A DNA stretch of 64,000 bases from Bdellovibrionota bacterium (GTDB lineage Bacteria > Bdellovibrionota_C > UBA2361 > JBGSMV01): assembly GCA_041739995.1 (NCBI GenBank), contig JBGSMV010000029.1:96001-160000 (forward strand), in the 5' to 3' direction. Below are positions 60,620 to 64,000 of the stretch, in pieces (the stretch's first letter is position 1; every line of letters starts with the position of its first letter). The position numbers and the translations under genes are program-made. Under the pieces are notes generated by a model. It saw only the letters and a list, made by a program, of their open reading frames with translations. It was not told where the DNA came from and searched no databases.

Positions 60620-61909
60620 GTGAAAATTCTAATTCTCAATCAATCCTGGTTTGCCGATGAGCTGCGAGCAGCAGGGCATGAAGTAGTGGTGGCCGGGTTT
60701 GGAAGAGATTTCCCAATTCGCTTCGACTACAGCGTGTTGCACATCGACACTGTACTTAAAGCACTTCCCGCTGGTTTTACGCCTGATGCGATTGTCGTGC
60801 ACGATGAAAGCAGTCCATGGTTTGTGGCGGGATTGGATGAAACTAGCTGTCCAGTTCTATTCTATTCAGTCGACACTCACCACCACGCTCATCTGCACCG
60901 CTACTCGGCTCACATGGCCGACTGCACCTATATCGCTCAAAAGGACTTTGCAGGGCCGTTTCATGAAACTGGGCTTGAGCCCAAGTGGCTTCCGCTGTGG
61001 GCCAGTCGCTATGTGGAGCCATCGGAGGAGCGTGTCGCTTCTGTTTGCTTTGTGGGGAATCTTGACCGCGCACTGAATCCTTGGCGGGTGGATTTCTTTG
61101 AGGCTTTGAAGCAGCGGGTGGACGTTTTGGTCACCAAGGGGGCTTTTTGGGAGTATTTTCCTAAGAGCGACATTGTTATCAATCAAACCGTGAAAGGCGA
61201 CCTGAATTTTCGGGTCTTTGAAGCCCTGATGTGTGGAACGGTGCTACTGACCGAAAGTTCGGGGAATGGGCTACTCGACCTCTTCACGGATGGCGAGCAT
61301 CTGGTTACCTATGAGAAGAGCAATGTTGATGATGCCGTTGCCAAGATTCAATCTTTGCTTGCTGATAAAGCACTTTGCAAACGTATCGCCGAACAGGGCA
61401 GGGCTGAGATTCTTGCAAAACATCTACCAATTCATAGAGCTGAAACGATTGATTTGGAACTTCGCGCGCTAAAACGAGTGCCCGACGCTCGCCGTCACAC
61501 GGGCGCAGCGGTGAATTTCAGTTCGTTGGCAGCCTCAGCTTTTGAGGTGGACCGGGGCCTTACCACCCAAGCCCTTATTCATGCACTGAAAGCTGCGCGG
61601 CATTCGCTTGAAAAGCGCGAGGCGCTAAGTGTCGAAATTGCCTGTCACTTAATTCGCTCGGCTCACTTGTATGATTTTCTGTTGGGTTCGATGGCGGGCG
61701 AGGACCTTATTCAGGAATTTAGCGAAGCTCACCCAGAGCTCCCTGTTTTAGCTTTGGCACGTGTAAGGTCGTTGCTTAATCGTGGTGCCCGAGAAGAGGC
61801 ACTTGGTTGGGTCAGGGACCACTTCGCTACGGAGCCGGCGCAAGTGTTTGAGACGGCGGAGAGGGTAGTGATGCAGATTCTTTCCAAATCAACTGACGCG
61901 CATGTGTGA
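60620..61909 (+). CDS. glycosyltransferase (CgeB-like)
   Basis: SVDTH, CFVG, INQTVKGDLNFRVFEALMCG, LFTDGEHL. Confidence 0.88.
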   Translation: MKILILNQSWFADELRAAGHEVVVAGFGRDFPIRFDYSVLHIDTVLKALPAGFTPDAIVVHDESSPWFVAGLDETSCPVLFYSVDTHHHAHLHRYSAHMADCTYIAQKDFAGPFHETGLEPKWLPLWASRYVEPSEERVASVCFVGNLDRALNPWRVDFFEALKQRVDVLVTKGAFWEYFPKSDIVINQTVKGDLNFRVFEALMCGTVLLTESSGNGLLDLFTDGEHLVTYEKSNVDDAVAKIQSLLADKALCKRIAEQGRAEILAKHLPIHRAETIDLELRALKRVPDARRHTGAAVNFSSLAASAFEVDRGLTTQALIHALKAARHSLEKREALSVEIACHLIRSAHLYDFLLGSMAGEDLIQEFSEAHPELPVLALARVRSLLNRGAREEALGWVRDHFATEPAQVFETAERVVMQILSKSTDAHV

Positions 61910-62545
61910 TCTGACCTTAAGCAGTCAGTGCGATTGTCCCGCTTTGCGCATCGATACATATCGACATAATTGGAACTTGCACGCAAAGTTTCTTACTTGG
62001 AAAACGGGGATGTTTACGTAGATAGTGAAACGCATTTCCCTAGCAATCAACCGCCCACTGGAGTCCCCCCGCATCTCTCTCAGCTTTATTCCTCGCCGCG
62101 TATCTCTGCTGCGCTGGCGGACCTTAGCCCTATTCAGGTTCTCGCAGCCTCGTCATCCAACCGTCGAAAGATCAACCGTGGCACATTGTGATAATCCGAA
62201 GAGGGTAGAGTTTGGAGAACCACAGTATCTTCGGGACATTGCTACTTGGCATTCTCTATCCACACGTCCGGCGAGCGGAGTGGTAGTGAAATGTGAGGGT
62301 GCCGCATTCCCCACTCGAGACTAGTGAGGACATAATTTGATTGCTTCGCTAAAAGGGCGAGGTTATTTGAAAGTGCGTCAGCGCGGGGCATCTGGCTGAT
62401 TCCGCTGTATCCTTTGGCGAGTGGGGCCTCTAGTGGCCGTGTCCGCTAGTTGTTGATTCAGAGTGGGGAACTGCGAGGGAAGTGGGATCGCGTCGACAAG
62501 AGGTCAAGAGGTTTTGTGGACACTCGGTTTTTCGACCTCGGCAAT

Positions 62546-62573
62546 TTTGTTTGTTTGTTTGTTTGTTTGTTTG
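62546..62573. repeat. (TTTG)7 microsatellite
   Basis: Direct reading of the sequence. Confidence 0.95.
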
Positions 62574-62635
62574 TTTTTTGTTCGTTCGGGATTTTTGGTC
62601 GTATTCTGCTTAGTCTTTATCTGATTGGAGGAACT

Positions 62636-62905
62636 ATGAAAACTATCAAGATATTGTCTTTCGGTTTGATTGCGTCGGTTTCACTGCTGATCTCTGCTGA
62701 AAGTGCCTATGCGGTAAACTGCGCCAGTGTGGATAGCGCGTGCCAATACCAGTGCGATCAGCTCAACGCCCGCTACCGCAATGTTCAAAATAGCTGCGAC
62801 TACACCTGGGACTTCTACTGGATTAATTACGGATTCTGCACTGCAGCTAGTAACGCCTACAATAGAGCCGCGGATGCCTTCATTCAGTGCCTTAACGATC
62901 TGTAG
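62636..62905 (+). CDS. small secreted Cys-rich protein
   Basis: GGAGG RBS; signal peptide ending AYA; 6 Cys in the mature part. Confidence 0.8.
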   Translation: MKTIKILSFGLIASVSLLISAESAYAVNCASVDSACQYQCDQLNARYRNVQNSCDYTWDFYWINYGFCTAASNAYNRAADAFIQCLNDL

Positions 62906-62983
62906 ACTCGAAGCGATTCATTCCGCGTGATGAGCCATCGGTCCATACTCTTTTTTCGCTTTTGGCTTTTCGCTTATGGCTTT

Positions 62984-63334
62984 TCAGTCACGGCGATGGG
63001 GGAAACTATCGAGTGGCAGGTCTCGCGTATGGGCTGATCTGGGTCGGTATGCTTTTCCTGTCCTAAGGACTTGAGGTGAGGCTTCAAGCTTCTGTTCGTG
63101 CGACAGCATGGACAGAAGCTTTTCTCGTTCCAAAACTGTCTCTCGCTTACTCGCCACCACTCGCCGCTCGGGCATCAGCGCGACAAGCCCGATGGTCGCC
63201 GGCACTGTTCGATCGGTAAGTGTGAACTTAAGCTCTTGTTGTGCTCGACGTTCAATTCACAGACCAACAGTGAGGGCGCTGACCCCCAAAAACACGAAGA
63301 AACCGAGAACTCGTCTCATATCGCGACCTTCCAT
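62984..63334 (-). pseudogene. membrane-anchored ORF interrupted by an in-frame TGA at 63257-63259
   Basis: MEGRDMRRVLGFFVFLGVSALTVGL*IERRAQQELK... continues in frame into track ORF 62984..63205. Confidence 0.5.
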
Positions 63335-63492
63335 GTCGGTAATTATCTCACAGTGTTGTTGCCCCATTAGCTTACCCGTTCGTTCTGTGGTAGTGGCAAG
63401 ACTGGTCTAAACCAAGGTTTTAGCGTGTCTCGAGCAGTCCAGCAGAATCTGCTGTGGTGCCGGGGGTACCAGAAAGGTTGAAAGGAGGTTGT

Positions 63493-64000
63493 ATGACCAC
63501 CCGATGGGTATCGCGTCATCGTATGGCGCTAGTCGGAGCGGTTTCGTTGGCGATGGGGCTACTGCTCGCCAGTCGTGTCGGTGGCGACTTCCAAGCCATC
63601 GGAGTAGTGGCTGCTGTGCTCTCCACGCTCCTTGCCCTTGGCGGTGCGGTTTTGGTCTACCTGGACCTTCGCCTTCCGAGGCACGAGGTGTGGAGCGTTT
63701 CGTTTAGAGTGAAGCTTCCGCTGTACGGCTCGCTACTTCTGCTGGGAGTGGTGGGCCTCGCAATCTTGCGGCCGCTACTCTCTGGATCAACGGCGACATT
63801 CTCCGCTCAGGATTACGTCGTCCCGATCCTATGCGCCATCGCTGCGATTGTGTGTGGAGCTCTGCACCTCTTCGCTGTTCAGCGAGAGTACTATCGCCGG
63901 GCTCGACGAACGCCGCGGATTTGTACCAGATGCTCGTACCCGATGACGGAAGGCACAGGTTGTTGTTCCGAATGCGGGCAGTCCTTCGCCGAGGCCGTCG
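63493..64000 (+). CDS. membrane protein with C-terminal zinc ribbon (runs off the window; not in the ORF track)
   Basis: AAAGGAGGT RBS; ~4 TM segments; ...RICTRCSYPMTEGTGCCSECGQSFAEAV. Confidence 0.8.
   Translation, partial: MTTRWVSRHRMALVGAVSLAMGLLLASRVGGDFQAIGVVAAVLSTLLALGGAVLVYLDLRLPRHEVWSVSFRVKLPLYGSLLLLGVVGLAILRPLLSGSTATFSAQDYVVPILCAIAAIVCGALHLFAVQREYYRRARRTPRICTRCSYPMTEGTGCCSECGQSFAEAV

Noticed and set aside
61910..62449. Short ORFs in the spacer after the glycosyltransferases
   Set aside because: No RBS, motifs or coding-like composition
62450..62635. N-terminal extension of track ORF 62450..62905 (FVCLFVCLFVF)
   Set aside because: It is the translated microsatellite; the ATG at 62636 has a GGAGG RBS and a signal peptide
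63257..63259. Genome-wide TGA recoding or selenocysteine
   Set aside because: TGA is the normal stop of trhO, sufC, sufD, flgK and purM; this is a single case with no Sec-type context

Overview
This 64-kb window looks like ordinary chromosome from a flagellated diderm bacterium. Gene content (FliW-CsrA, HDOD, GspE-REC, SH3-M48) suggests the Bdellovibrionota/deltaproteobacterial grade; that placement is an inference. It carries tRNA-Pro(CGG), proS and trhO, a partial SUF cluster (sufC-sufD-Rieske-sufU) behind an IscR-like operator, and a flagellar cluster flgFGAHIJMN-flgKL-csrA-fliW. Other genes include purM, a STAS/REC-HATPase/Zn-finger module, rpmB, gspK, sthA, murJ, a GspE/PilB-REC ATPase, sod, mlaA, two glycosyltransferases and several genes of unknown function. 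I found no CRISPR array, prophage, integrase, transposase or recognisable defence system. The most striking unannotated structures are: (i) three families of roughly 120-145 bp CTAG-bounded miniature inverted-repeat elements (11 copies) that abut by sharing the 4-bp end and sit on gene ends; (ii) a ~0.8-kb islet with a Cys-rich gene, flanked by two diverged versions of an MFS gene's 3' end that share a 19-bp identical core; (iii) a TGA-interrupted ORF and an unlisted membrane/Zn-ribbon gene at the right edge. All assignments are by eye; no database searches were run.
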